The notes under the pieces are model-generated. The model did no database searches. It was not told where the DNA came from and saw nothing but the letters and a program-made list of their open reading frames with translations. Position numbers and translations under genes: made by a program. Of a stretch of DNA of 35,104 bases, positions 8,700 to 17,042 are shown one piece after another; position 1 is the stretch's first letter; each line of letters opens with the position of its first letter. Origin of the DNA: Pseudomonadota bacterium (GTDB lineage: Bacteria; UBA10199; 2-02-FULL-44-16; JAAZCA01); assembly GCA_043798915.1 (NCBI GenBank), contig JAZDOG010000038.1, positions 1 through 35,104 on the forward strand, written 5' to 3'.

Positions 8700-9425
8700 T
8701 CACCCTTTTTCACCCACAGGTTCCATCCCCAGCATCTTCATCACATTCTGCATGTCTTCCCATGCCGGCTTCTTCATGGCGGGATTCCGGAGCAGAAAGG
8801 CCGGATGGTAGGTGGGCATCACCGGGATATCGTGCCACATCGCGAACTTGCCCCTGAGCCGGGTGATCTTTTCCTCGGTGCCGAGGAGGTTTTGCGTGGC
8901 CACGCTCCCCAGACAGACGATGACTTTGGGTTCGATGATCTCCGCCTGTTTGATGAGCCAGGGCATGCACGCGGCGACCTCGTCCGGCTCGGGATTCCTG
9001 TTGCTCGGAGGCCTGCACTTGCAGATATTCGCTATGTAGACGTCCTCCCTCTTGAAACCCATCGCCAGGATGATCTTGGTGAGCAGCTGGCCGGCCCGGC
9101 CGACGAAGGGGATTCCCTGTTCGTCTTCATCGGCGCCCGGGGCCTCGCCGATGAACATGAGGTCGGCGTCCGGATTTCCCACTCCGAAGACAAGGTTCTT
9201 GCGTCCGCGCCCAAGTTTGCATTTCAGGCACTCGCCCGTCTCCGCCCGGAGTTTCTCCAGCGCTTTCGCCTTGTCGCCGGCCGTGCCTGTTTTCTGTTTT
9301 CTGTTCTCTGTTTTCCGGTTTCCGGTTTCTGACTCTTCAGAATCGCGAACCTCGGTCATCCCCAAGGTCTTCGCGTATTCAAGCAGGTTCTTCACATCCT
9401 CGAGCACCTCGCGTCTGTCGGCCAT
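8700..9425 (-). CDS. Uracil-DNA glycosylase, family 4 (Fe-S type)
   Basis: CLKCKL, VFGVGNP, IGEAPGADED..G.PFVGRAG, NICKCRPPSNRNP, TYHPAFLLRNP. Confidence 0.96.
   Translation of the reverse strand: MADRREVLEDVKNLLEYAKTLGMTEVRDSEESETGNRKTENRKQKTGTAGDKAKALEKLRAETGECLKCKLGRGRKNLVFGVGNPDADLMFIGEAPGADEDEQGIPFVGRAGQLLTKIILAMGFKREDVYIANICKCRPPSNRNPEPDEVAACMPWLIKQAEIIEPKVIVCLGSVATQNLLGTEEKITRLRGKFAMWHDIPVMPTYHPAFLLRNPAMKKPAWEDMQNVMKMLGMEPVGEKG
9287..9328. repeat. Six tandem heptamers, in frame within the UDG linker
   Basis: CTGTTTT CTGTTTT CTGTTCT CTGTTTT CCGGTTT CCGGTTT (42 nt, 14 codons). Confidence 0.8.
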
Positions 9426-9454
9426 CGTCCACCTCTTTCGTATTTACCCTGCGG

Positions 9455-10396
9455 ATGCGTCGGACTATAATGACATGCATGCTCCTTGTCCACGCCGTAT
9501 TGGCGGCCCTTTGCATCCTGTTTCTGCCCTCCATCGCCCATGCCTGGGGGCCCGGCATGCACGTGGAGACGGCGCTCGCGGCCATCGCGAAGGTCTCCCT
9601 CGCCGCGCCGTTCATCCGCGAGCTCATCCGCCGCTTTCCCGACGCCTTCATCTACGGCGCCACAAGCCCCGACATCGTGGTCGGCAAGAAGTACGCGGGC
9701 TATCTCCACCACTGCCACAACTGGAGGATCGGCTGGCTGATCCTCCACGAAGCGAAGAGCGACTGCCAGCGGGCGGCGGCCTACGGCTATCTCATGCATC
9801 TGGCCGCGGACGTCGTCGGCCACAACTACTACATACCGGTCAAGATCGTCCGGAGCTACACGGCGAGGCTCCTCTCCCACACCTACTGGGAGATGCGTTT
9901 CGACCTGGGCGTCTCGGACGAGGCATGGAGGCGCATCAAGAAGGTGCGCCACGAAAACATCGAGGAGTTCGACAGTCTGCTCGAGCGCGTGCTCAGCAAG
10001 ACGCTCTTCTCCTTCTCGACCAACAAGAGGATATTCAACACCATCCTGATACTGCAGAAGATGCAGGGCCTGCGATCGAGCCTCAAGCTCTACGCCTCCC
10101 ACTCGCGCTTCGGCATCGAGGATGAGAACCGCCGGCACTACGCCGACCTGACGATGGAATCGACGATGGAATTTCTCGCCCACCCTGAGAGCGCCGCGTG
10201 CCTGCATGTAGATCCGACCGGCGTCCGGCGGCTCGCCTATGCCAAGGACCTGCGCAGAAATTTGAGGGCGATGATGGGCCGCGGGCTCCTTTCAGAAGAG
10301 CGGGCCCGCGTCTTCGTGGAACTCGTGAAGGAGCAGCTGGCGGTGGGGCTCTATCGGCCGGAGATGAAGCTTCCTGTTGTGGCCGATGTGCTCTGA
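9455..10396 (+). CDS. Zinc-dependent phospholipase C family protein (start codon uncertain)
   Basis: Signal peptide then A-WGPGMH; GATSPD, HHCHNW, GYLMHLAADVVGHN, HTYWE metal-ligand pattern. Confidence 0.85.
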   Translation: MRRTIMTCMLLVHAVLAALCILFLPSIAHAWGPGMHVETALAAIAKVSLAAPFIRELIRRFPDAFIYGATSPDIVVGKKYAGYLHHCHNWRIGWLILHEAKSDCQRAAAYGYLMHLAADVVGHNYYIPVKIVRSYTARLLSHTYWEMRFDLGVSDEAWRRIKKVRHENIEEFDSLLERVLSKTLFSFSTNKRIFNTILILQKMQGLRSSLKLYASHSRFGIEDENRRHYADLTMESTMEFLAHPESAACLHVDPTGVRRLAYAKDLRRNLRAMMGRGLLSEERARVFVELVKEQLAVGLYRPEMKLPVVADVL

Positions 10397-10474
10397 ATTT
10401 GCGGTTTTTTGTTGCAATCACATCAACCGTAAGTAAAAAAGAAAACACATTATGGACAGCTCCGAAGGCAGCCA

Positions 10475-11758
10475 ATGTTCACCTTCTTCACCGAGATCAC
10501 CAAAAAGGATGCCGTGGATCGCTACGGCAGGTGGATCGGCCGGCCCTATGACTTCACCGTAAAACTCGACGAGACCTATCCCCGCGTCACATCGCTCATC
10601 ACCGCAAGCGGAATCCTGCGCAAGACTTTCTATGTGATTCCCTGGAAGGACCTCCACCAGACCCCGGACGGCTTTCAGCTCAAGGTCCCCATCGAGTCCC
10701 TGGAACCCAGGCGTTCCTATCGCGCGCCCGAAGAGGCCACGCTGCGCGCGGCCGTGCTCGACCAGCAGGTGGTCGACACGTTCAACCGCAAGGTGGTTCG
10801 CGTAAACGACCTCCACTTTCTGCGCGTCGACGACGACCTCCGGCTCGCGCACGTCGACATCGGCGTCAGGGGCCTGGTGAGAAGGCTTGGCCTCGAGCGC
10901 ATCGTGGACGGCATGGTCCGGTTCTTCAACAGGCACGCGAGATACCTGACGAGCGACGCCTTGATCTCGTGGAAATACGTCCAGCCTCTCTCGATACATT
11001 CGGCGACCGGCAAGATTCAGCTCACGGTCGAGATGGATCAGTTAAAGCAGATCCCGCCGCCCGACATCTCCACCATGCTGATGGAGCTCGACCCCTATCA
11101 GCGCGCCGCGCTCCTCAAGACGCTGGATGTCGGGACGCAGGTGGACATCATCACGGAGCTCGACCTCAAGTGGCAGAAGGATCTCATCGAAGGGTTGGAC
11201 GTCAACGCGGCCTCGGCCCTCTTCGAGAGAATGCCGGCCGACGAAGCGACAGACCTCCTGCGCATGCTCTCCAACAAGGAGGCCGATCGCATACTCGGCC
11301 TGCTCTCTCCCAAAAAGTCGCGCGAGCTCTCGGAACTCATGGTGCACGAATCCGATTCGGCCGGCGGCCTCATGACCACCGAGTTCATCGCGCTCAGGGA
11401 GTCGATGACGGTCGGCGATGCCATCGAACACATCCGCCACAGCGCCGCACATAAGAAGGCGGAGACGATTCATAATGCGTTCGTCATCGACGGCGATGGC
11501 ACGCTCATCGGGACGGTGTCGTTCCGCAAGCTCCTGTTCGAGCAGTTGGAGGCCAGGATTAGCGACGTCATGCAGCGAAAACCGCCCGTCGTTAATGTGA
11601 CCGACTCCGTCAAGGAAGTCGCCTACGCGATGGACAAATACAACCTCTTCACGCTCCCGGCGGTGGATGAAAACGGCGTCCTCGAAGGCATAATCACCGT
11701 CGACGACGTCCTCCACATAGCCGTGGAAGAGGCGTGGGGAAAGAGGACCGGAATCTGA
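10475..11758 (+). CDS. Soluble PRC-barrel/MgtE N-terminal/CBS-pair protein
   Basis: LDQQVVDTFNRKVVRVNDL, MPADEATDLL, SAGGLMTTEF, CBS pair, GIITVDDV; no MgtE transmembrane domain. Confidence 0.88.
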   Translation: MFTFFTEITKKDAVDRYGRWIGRPYDFTVKLDETYPRVTSLITASGILRKTFYVIPWKDLHQTPDGFQLKVPIESLEPRRSYRAPEEATLRAAVLDQQVVDTFNRKVVRVNDLHFLRVDDDLRLAHVDIGVRGLVRRLGLERIVDGMVRFFNRHARYLTSDALISWKYVQPLSIHSATGKIQLTVEMDQLKQIPPPDISTMLMELDPYQRAALLKTLDVGTQVDIITELDLKWQKDLIEGLDVNAASALFERMPADEATDLLRMLSNKEADRILGLLSPKKSRELSELMVHESDSAGGLMTTEFIALRESMTVGDAIEHIRHSAAHKKAETIHNAFVIDGDGTLIGTVSFRKLLFEQLEARISDVMQRKPPVVNVTDSVKEVAYAMDKYNLFTLPAVDENGVLEGIITVDDVLHIAVEEAWGKRTGI

Positions 11759-13023
11759 TGGAACTCCGCACCCGCGAACAGAAGCTCAAGCCGGCGGCCC
11801 CGAAGGGGATGTGGACCCATCTCGCAATCTTCTTCGCTGTGCTGGGCCCTGGGATAATCACTGCCAACGTCGACAACGACGCGGGCGGGATCGCCACGTA
11901 TTCGATCGCTGGCGCGCACTTCGGATACGACTTCCTCTGGGTCATACTGCCCGTCTGCTTCGCCCTCATCGTCATACAGGAGATGAGCGCGCGCATGGGG
12001 GCGGTGACCGGCAAGGGACTCTCCGACTTGATCCGCGAGAACTACGGCGCGAAGGTCACCTTCTACGTCATGCTGGCGCTGCTCATCACCAACATGGGCA
12101 ACGTGATGGCTGAGTTTGCCGGTGTGGCGAGTTCGCTCGAGATCTTCGGGATATCGAAGTACATCACCGTGCCCGCCGCGGCGATCTTCGTCTGGCTCCT
12201 CGTCGTCAAAGGGACCTACAAGACGGTGGAGAAGGTATTCCTCATCGCCTGCCTCTTCTACGTCGCCTATGTCGTCTCGGGGTTCATGGCCAGGCCGGAC
12301 TGGGGCCGGGTCGCCTCGGAGATAGTGGTGCCCCGTTTCAGGATGAACGGGCCTTACCTCTACATGCTGATCGGGATCGTGGGCACAACGATCGCGCCCT
12401 GGATGCAGTTCTACCAGCAGGCGGCGATCGTCGAGAAGGGGATCGATGTCGAGACATACCGGCACGCGCGATGGGACGTCATAATCGGATGCATAATGGC
12501 CGGCATAGTCGTATTCTTCATCGTCGTCGCCTGCGCCGCGACCATATTCCCGGCCGGCGGGCACGTGGAGACAGCGGCGGACGCCGCGGTGGCGCTGAAG
12601 CCGCTCGCCGGAAAATACTGCTCCTGGCTCTTCGCCTTCGGCCTCTTCAATGCGTCGCTCTTCGCGGCATCTGTCCTGCCGCTGTCGACCGCCTACTACG
12701 TCTGCGAGGGGCTGGGCTTCGAGGCCGGGGTGAACAAGAAGTTTAAGGAAGCGCCTCAATTCTACGGTCTCTTCACCGCGATCATCATCGTGGGCGCAAT
12801 CGTCATCCTGATCCCGGGATTTCCGCTCTTCTTCATCATGGTCTTCTCACAGGTGATCAACGGCATCCTGCTCCCCTTCATCCTCATCTTCATGCTCATG
12901 CTCATCAACCGCGAGGATATCATGGGCACATGGACGAACGGCCGCATCTGGAACGCAGTTTCGTGGTTCACAGCGTTCGCTATGATCGCCCTGACGATAG
13001 GCATGTTCGCAGCTTATTTTTAA
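11758..13023 (+). CDS. Nramp-family divalent metal transporter, probably of the Mg2+-transporting NRMT type
   Basis: Polytopic membrane protein; GPGIITANVDNDAGG in place of canonical DPGN, QEMSARMGAVTGKG, GTTIAPW. ATG overlaps the upstream TGA. Confidence 0.88.
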   Translation: MELRTREQKLKPAAPKGMWTHLAIFFAVLGPGIITANVDNDAGGIATYSIAGAHFGYDFLWVILPVCFALIVIQEMSARMGAVTGKGLSDLIRENYGAKVTFYVMLALLITNMGNVMAEFAGVASSLEIFGISKYITVPAAAIFVWLLVVKGTYKTVEKVFLIACLFYVAYVVSGFMARPDWGRVASEIVVPRFRMNGPYLYMLIGIVGTTIAPWMQFYQQAAIVEKGIDVETYRHARWDVIIGCIMAGIVVFFIVVACAATIFPAGGHVETAADAAVALKPLAGKYCSWLFAFGLFNASLFAASVLPLSTAYYVCEGLGFEAGVNKKFKEAPQFYGLFTAIIIVGAIVILIPGFPLFFIMVFSQVINGILLPFILIFMLMLINREDIMGTWTNGRIWNAVSWFTAFAMIALTIGMFAAYF

Positions 13024-13029
13024 ATTCCA

Positions 13030-13713
13030 TCATACCCCGAGGATGTGAGAGAGGATCACGATGGCGAGGTCTTCCTTGGGCAGTAGCGGAAGAGCGATTT
13101 TCTTTCCGCTCCGGCTGATGAGGAGGGCGCGGCTCACCCTGGCGCCGATCGCACAGGCGGGATTGGCGACTATCCAGTCGCAGTTCTTGCGCGCGAGTTT
13201 CCCGCGTGCATTTTTTTCGAGATCGTCCGTCTCGAGCGCGAAGCCGATCAATATCTGATTCGGCTTTTTTCTTTTTCCCAGCTCAAGGAGAATATCGGGG
13301 TTTTCTATCAGAGGGATAGCGTGCGGCATCTCCCCTCCTTTGTAAGGAGGGGATGGGGGAGGTAGACCTGTTTTGCTGCGTTTGATCTTTTTTCTTGAGA
13401 ACCGAGCCGGCCGCCAGTCGGAGACCGCAGCAGCCATGACGATCACGTCAGCGCGCGGCGCCAGGCGCATCACCTCGCGCCGCATCTCAAGGGTTGAGGC
13501 GACATCGATGCGGATCGCCCCCTCCGGCGTCGGCAGGGCCACCGGTCCGGCGATCAGATCGACACGAAATCCCAGATGGGCCGCCGCGCGGGCCAGCGCA
13601 AACCCCATCTGCCCCGAGGAATCGTTGGAGATATAGCGGACTGGATCGATGTATTCGCGCGTTGGCCCGGCGGTAATTAGGATGCGAAGTTTTTTGTTAT
13701 GTTTTGGTCTCAC
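13030..13713 (-). CDS. coaB: Phosphopantothenate-cysteine ligase (stand-alone CoaB domain)
   Basis: ILITAGPTREYIDPVRYISNDSSGQMG, AAAVSDWRP, NPDIL, GFALET, IVAN. GTG start is uncertain. Confidence 0.9.
   Translation of the reverse strand: MRPKHNKKLRILITAGPTREYIDPVRYISNDSSGQMGFALARAAAHLGFRVDLIAGPVALPTPEGAIRIDVASTLEMRREVMRLAPRADVIVMAAAVSDWRPARFSRKKIKRSKTGLPPPSPPYKGGEMPHAIPLIENPDILLELGKRKKPNQILIGFALETDDLEKNARGKLARKNCDWIVANPACAIGARVSRALLISRSGKKIALPLLPKEDLAIVILSHILGV
13331..13366. repeat. Short palindromic repeat inside coaB
   Basis: TCCCCTCCTT-tgt-AAGGAGGGGA-tgggggaGGTAGA, translated as LPPPSPPYKGGE. Same family as the queA element. Confidence 0.85.
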
Positions 13714-13720
13714 AACTTGC

Positions 13721-13788
13721 TGTCATTCTGAGCGAAGCGAAGAATCCCCCTGACCCAAGGGGATCCTTCGCTGTCGCTCAGGATGACA
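13721..13788. repeat. 68-nt REP-like palindromic element between coaC and coaB
   Basis: TGTCATTCTGAGCGA-AGCGAAGAATCCCC...GGGGATCCTTCGCT-GTCGCTCAGGATGACA forms a near-perfect ~30-bp stem. Confidence 0.85.
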
Positions 13789-14337
13789 TCATAGAATTTT
13801 CGTTATCTGCGCAATGATGTCCGCCGGCTCAGGCAACCTGCCCTTCCCCTTGTAGCCGCAGGCGAGATCGCCTTCCGTCGGCTCGATAATCCGATAGCCG
13901 TGTTTCACGAGCCTCTCCACGTTCTCCTGCACGATCGGGTTTTTCCACATATTGGCGTTCATCGACGGAGCGAATACGACAGGCGCCTGAGTGGCGCATA
14001 TCACGGCCGTCAGAAGCTCGTCGCAGATCCCGCACGCGACCTTGGCGATCAGATCGGCGGTGGCCGGCGCCACGAGGATCAAGTCGGCGGCATCAGCGAG
14101 CGATATATGGCCGATCTCCCTCTCCTGGATCAGGCTGAACATGTCGGTGTAAACGGGATTCGCGGATATAGTCTGCAGCGTCAGAGGGGTTACAAACTGT
14201 GCCCCGGCGCGGGTCAGCACGCAGCGGAGATCCGCGCCATCCTTCACGATCAGCCGGGCCAGTTCGCAGCACTTGTACGCCGCGATCCCCCCTCCGATCC
14301 CGAGGACCAGAGTCTTCCCTGCAAATTGTTTTGCCAT
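13789..14337 (-). CDS. coaC: Phosphopantothenoylcysteine decarboxylase (stand-alone CoaC flavoprotein domain)
   Basis: LGIGGGIAAYK, HISLAD, VAPATADLIAK, APSMNANMW, GDLACGYKGKGRLPEP; RBS GGAGG. Confidence 0.93.
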   Translation of the reverse strand: MAKQFAGKTLVLGIGGGIAAYKCCELARLIVKDGADLRCVLTRAGAQFVTPLTLQTISANPVYTDMFSLIQEREIGHISLADAADLILVAPATADLIAKVACGICDELLTAVICATQAPVVFAPSMNANMWKNPIVQENVERLVKHGYRIIEPTEGDLACGYKGKGRLPEPADIIAQITKIL

Positions 14338-14416
14338 TATAACCTCCAGGTGAAATCAGAATAGGAGGAAAGGAATTGGCTTGCAAGCGGAACCTGCAGC
14401 AGTGGACCACGATTAA

Positions 14417-14646
14417 CGTGGCGAAAAATGAGGAGGTGTTAAGGGAGGGGTCGCAGGTGCAGGGCGCACTTCGCTCGCTATTCCTCGTCAAAAGATCGTA
14501 TAGGTTTGTGAAACTTAAATGTCCTCCGTTGTCGGCCTTTAAGTTTCCAAACCATTACGACTTTTGACTTCGGAATACGCTCGTCTCGTAAACGCGCCTT
14601 TAGCACCGTACGACCCCTCCCTTAACACCTCCTCATTTTTCGCTCC
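14417..14646 (-). mobile_element. ~230-nt hairpin/MITE-like element, copy 1
   Basis: Perfect 33-bp terminal inverted repeat (14421-14453 / 14611-14643) plus nested inner stems. The reverse-complement copy is at 17111-17338. Confidence 0.8.
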
Positions 14647-14661
14647 GAGGACTGCCCTTAG

Positions 14662-14688
14662 CTTGAAATCACAAATTGTGATTTCAAG
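14662..14688. repeat. Perfect 13-bp inverted repeat with a 1-nt spacer
   Basis: CTTGAAATCACAA-A-TTGTGATTTCAAG, overlapping the stop codon of the 14684-15040 gene. Confidence 0.8.
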
Positions 14689-15040
14689 TTTTTGTTGTGC
14701 CTTTTTGCCCCTGCCCTGGTGGTTCTGAATCCCACATTTCTCGATAGGCTTGGACATAGGAGATCGCAGCTGAGGGGTTGATATCATAATAGTAGCGGCA
14801 GAGTTTTTTGTAGAGAAGGAGCACGTTCGGATCAAAGCTAAAATCGAGCAACCCATCCAAAGTATGTTCAATATGCTTGTTATCACTGCATCCTGTAGAC
14901 AGGATATCCTCTACAACAGGCACATACTCCTGAACCGCCCGACGGGCAAGGTGTTGCGTAGCCCGCGCCAACTCGACAATTGATTGCTTGGCAGCAAGTC
15001 TTCTTCTCATGGATAAAATCCCCAGATTGCCATCGATCAT
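14684..15040 (-). CDS. Hypothetical protein (118 aa)
   Basis: ATGA overlap with the upstream Bro-N gene; helical, protein-like sequence (HTLDGLLDF..LLLYKKLCRYY..YVQAYREMWD). Confidence 0.75.
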   Translation of the reverse strand: MIDGNLGILSMRRRLAAKQSIVELARATQHLARRAVQEYVPVVEDILSTGCSDNKHIEHTLDGLLDFSFDPNVLLLYKKLCRYYYDINPSAAISYVQAYREMWDSEPPGQGQKGTTKT

Positions 15041-15870
15041 ATTTTTTTCAGAAGCTTTTTGTCAGTTGGCTTATGGAGATAGTTTTTGGAGGTGACAACC
15101 TTGGCGCCAGTTTCTATCTCCAATTTCTTTCTCGCATCTCCGGCAATCTTGCCGCCTGATCGTGCGACTCGCTTATTTTCATCAAAACCCTGAGCATCCT
15201 TCCTTCTTGCTATCTCCGTGGTCGAAGCCTCGCCAAGCATTGAAAAAATAAGTTCAAGGTCCGTCATGTGATCACGCAAGTTTTCGCGATCAAGCCCTTT
15301 GTGTTCTTTATACTCACTTGGTGTCATACCAAAAGCGGCCTTTGAGATCTCGGCCGTCAATATCGAATATTCCCTTTGTTCCTCAATTCCTCTTTTCTGC
15401 CACTCATCCGTCAATTCTTCACGGACAGCAATGCCTCGAATCCTTTTTTCGATCCATGCAGCAGGATAACCCTTTGCCTTGTATATTGCCTTCGTTCGCC
15501 TCGTGGCTATCTCTGGGTCTTCGATCTCCTGGATACGTTCATAACCGACCTTGGCAAGCCATCTTTTGAATGGTTCTGCTTTGGGGGATGGGATCGATTG
15601 GACAACGCGAAACACGGTTTCGGTATTGGCGCAATCCGTCTCATAGTACTTGCCATCCGATGAGATCAATTTCAGTTGTACGATTTTATCGTACAACTCG
15701 GTGAATCCCTCTTTTTCCTTTAGATTTCGTTTTAAGTCCGACCAATAGCGTCTTGGATTGGCACTCTCGGTCAATACTTCCACAACATCGATTATCGAGA
15801 ACCACCATTCACCCTTATGGATGATTTTCCTGATCTCCTCCCCCCTAAAGATAGCAATTCTTGTCTCCAT
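15037..15870 (-). CDS. Bro-N domain DNA-binding protein (phage antirepressor-like)
   Basis: IAIFRGEEIRK..WWFSIIDVVEVLT..RRYWSDLK, QSIPSPKAEPFKRWLA, NLRDHMTDLEL; RBS GGAGG. Confidence 0.9.
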   Translation of the reverse strand: METRIAIFRGEEIRKIIHKGEWWFSIIDVVEVLTESANPRRYWSDLKRNLKEKEGFTELYDKIVQLKLISSDGKYYETDCANTETVFRVVQSIPSPKAEPFKRWLAKVGYERIQEIEDPEIATRRTKAIYKAKGYPAAWIEKRIRGIAVREELTDEWQKRGIEEQREYSILTAEISKAAFGMTPSEYKEHKGLDRENLRDHMTDLELIFSMLGEASTTEIARRKDAQGFDENKRVARSGGKIAGDARKKLEIETGAKVVTSKNYLHKPTDKKLLKKI

Positions 15871-16004
15871 GAAGGCCCTCCTATCATTTCATATATCCAA
15901 ACAGTCTTTATCTCAACCAAATTATCAATGTATTATGCATAGTTATGTCCATTTTGCAGACTTATAAGTTTCTTTCTTAGCAGCTTCCTCACAATCCGGG
16001 ATAA

Positions 16005-16120
16005 AGCAAGAATCGTTCCAAGAGCAGGCCTCTTCTATCTTGTTGATATGCTTATGTTCTGGTCCTTGGCCGGAAAAGATTGGTGCATCGTTTCGATGCA
16101 GCCTGCATCAAAAATGGGCA
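16005..16120 (-). promoter_or_regulatory. Sigma54-type -24/-12 promoter with upstream NtrC-like palindromes
   Basis: Minus strand TTGGAACGATTCTTGCT (GG-N10-GC) at 16005-16021; TGCATCGTTTCGATGCA at 16084-16100 and TGCATCAAAAATGGGCA at 16104-16120. Confidence 0.5.
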
Positions 16121-16147
16121 ACGGGTGGACTAAAAAAGGGGCCCGAA

Positions 16148-16192
16148 CCGGATAGACAGGTAACACTTTGATCCGGGGACATGGGTGACACT
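16148..16192. mobile_element. Possible IS481-family terminal remnant
   Basis: Two 20-nt direct repeats at 25-nt period (CCGGATAGACAGGTAACACT / CCGGGGACATGGGTGACACT) that resemble IS481-type subterminal repeats as I recall them. No transposase is adjacent. Confidence 0.4.
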
Positions 16193-16229
16193 ATGGAGGG
16201 TGCACCGTTTTTTGTGGAGCTGGGAAAGA

Positions 16230-16284
16230 CCCGCAGACCGGCCAAAAGCGAGGCGTTGCACTGCCTCCCCACGCGGCGTATAAA
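16230..16284 (+). promoter_or_regulatory. Duplicated sigma70-type promoter block, copy 1
   Basis: TTGCAC-17 nt-TATAAA within a ~52-nt block repeated at 16711-16765. Confidence 0.65.
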
Positions 16285-16311
16285 ATGTGCAATATTACTA
16301 TGCGCATCCGA

Positions 16312-16677
16312 ATGAAGAGAGCCTTTATTTTATTGTTGGCGCCCCTTGTTTTATTTGGCGCCTCTATAATTTCTTGCGCAAAAGTCTCTTTGCCCGAAAC
16401 AGCTGCGTTCGGCAAAGTTCAAAACTTGCCTGAAGTCCAATTATTTATGGCCAAGGTCAATAAGGCTGGAAATGATGTCAGGCCAATCATCAGGCAGGAA
16501 GAAAGCGACGCGAGCAGCGGCAATCTCATTGAGTTCTATGTTGGAGAGTCTCATCCAACACACAATGTGCTTTGGAACAGGTTTGCTGTCGATAAAACAA
16601 CGACACAGATTTTTGTTTTTGATGCAGAATCAGGTGAATATGTTTCGATTGAAGATTGGAGGAACAAACTGAAGTGA
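16312..16677 (+). CDS. Putative lipoprotein, unknown function
   Basis: MKRAFILLLAPLVLFGASIISC has a signal peptide with a lipobox-like Cys; AT-rich codon usage. Start chosen at ATG 16312. Confidence 0.7.
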   Translation: MKRAFILLLAPLVLFGASIISCAKVSLPETAAFGKVQNLPEVQLFMAKVNKAGNDVRPIIRQEESDASSGNLIEFYVGESHPTHNVLWNRFAVDKTTTQIFVFDAESGEYVSIEDWRNKLK

Positions 16678-16710
16678 TCCGTCATGCTCGTTTGCCAAGC
16701 CCGGCAAAAC

Positions 16711-16765
16711 CCCGCAAACCGGCTCAAAGCGAGGCATTGCACTGCCTCCCCCGGCGGCGTATGAA
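16711..16765 (+). promoter_or_regulatory. Duplicated sigma70-type promoter block, copy 2
   Basis: TTGCAC-17 nt-TATGAA, upstream of the dinD-like fragment. Confidence 0.6.
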
Positions 16766-16802
16766 TTGCGAAATTCGGGCGGTTCAAAATGCGAGGTGAA
16801 GT

Positions 16803-17042
16803 ATGAAGAAAGAACTTATTGTGAGACTTCATCAGAGCTTCGATGCCATTGCCAACGAAAAAAATGGAGTTGAGTATTGGCTGGCGCGGGAACTTCAGAC
16901 GTTGCTGGAATACACTGAATGGCGAAATTTTGTGCAGGTCATCGATAAGGCCAAGACAACATGTATAACAGCAGGGCAGGCCATTTCTGACCATTTTGTT
17001 GACGTCAACAAAATGGTTCCATTGGGTTCTGGGAGCGAGCGA
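16803..17042 (+). pseudogene. Truncated DinD-like (Bro-N) gene
   Basis: GVEYWLARELQTLLEYTEWRNF..VIDKAK..C..G..DHFVDVNKMVPLGSGSER matches the DinD N-terminus. Similarity stops at about 17042 and the frame runs on into repeat DNA until 17135. Confidence 0.8.

Noticed and set aside
13714..13791. Selenocysteine or TGA readthrough fusing CoaC and CoaB, with the hairpin as a SECIS
   Set aside because: Two in-frame TGAs would need recoding, neither at a catalytic position. TGA is an ordinary stop in many genes here, and the hairpin looks like a REP-type repeat.
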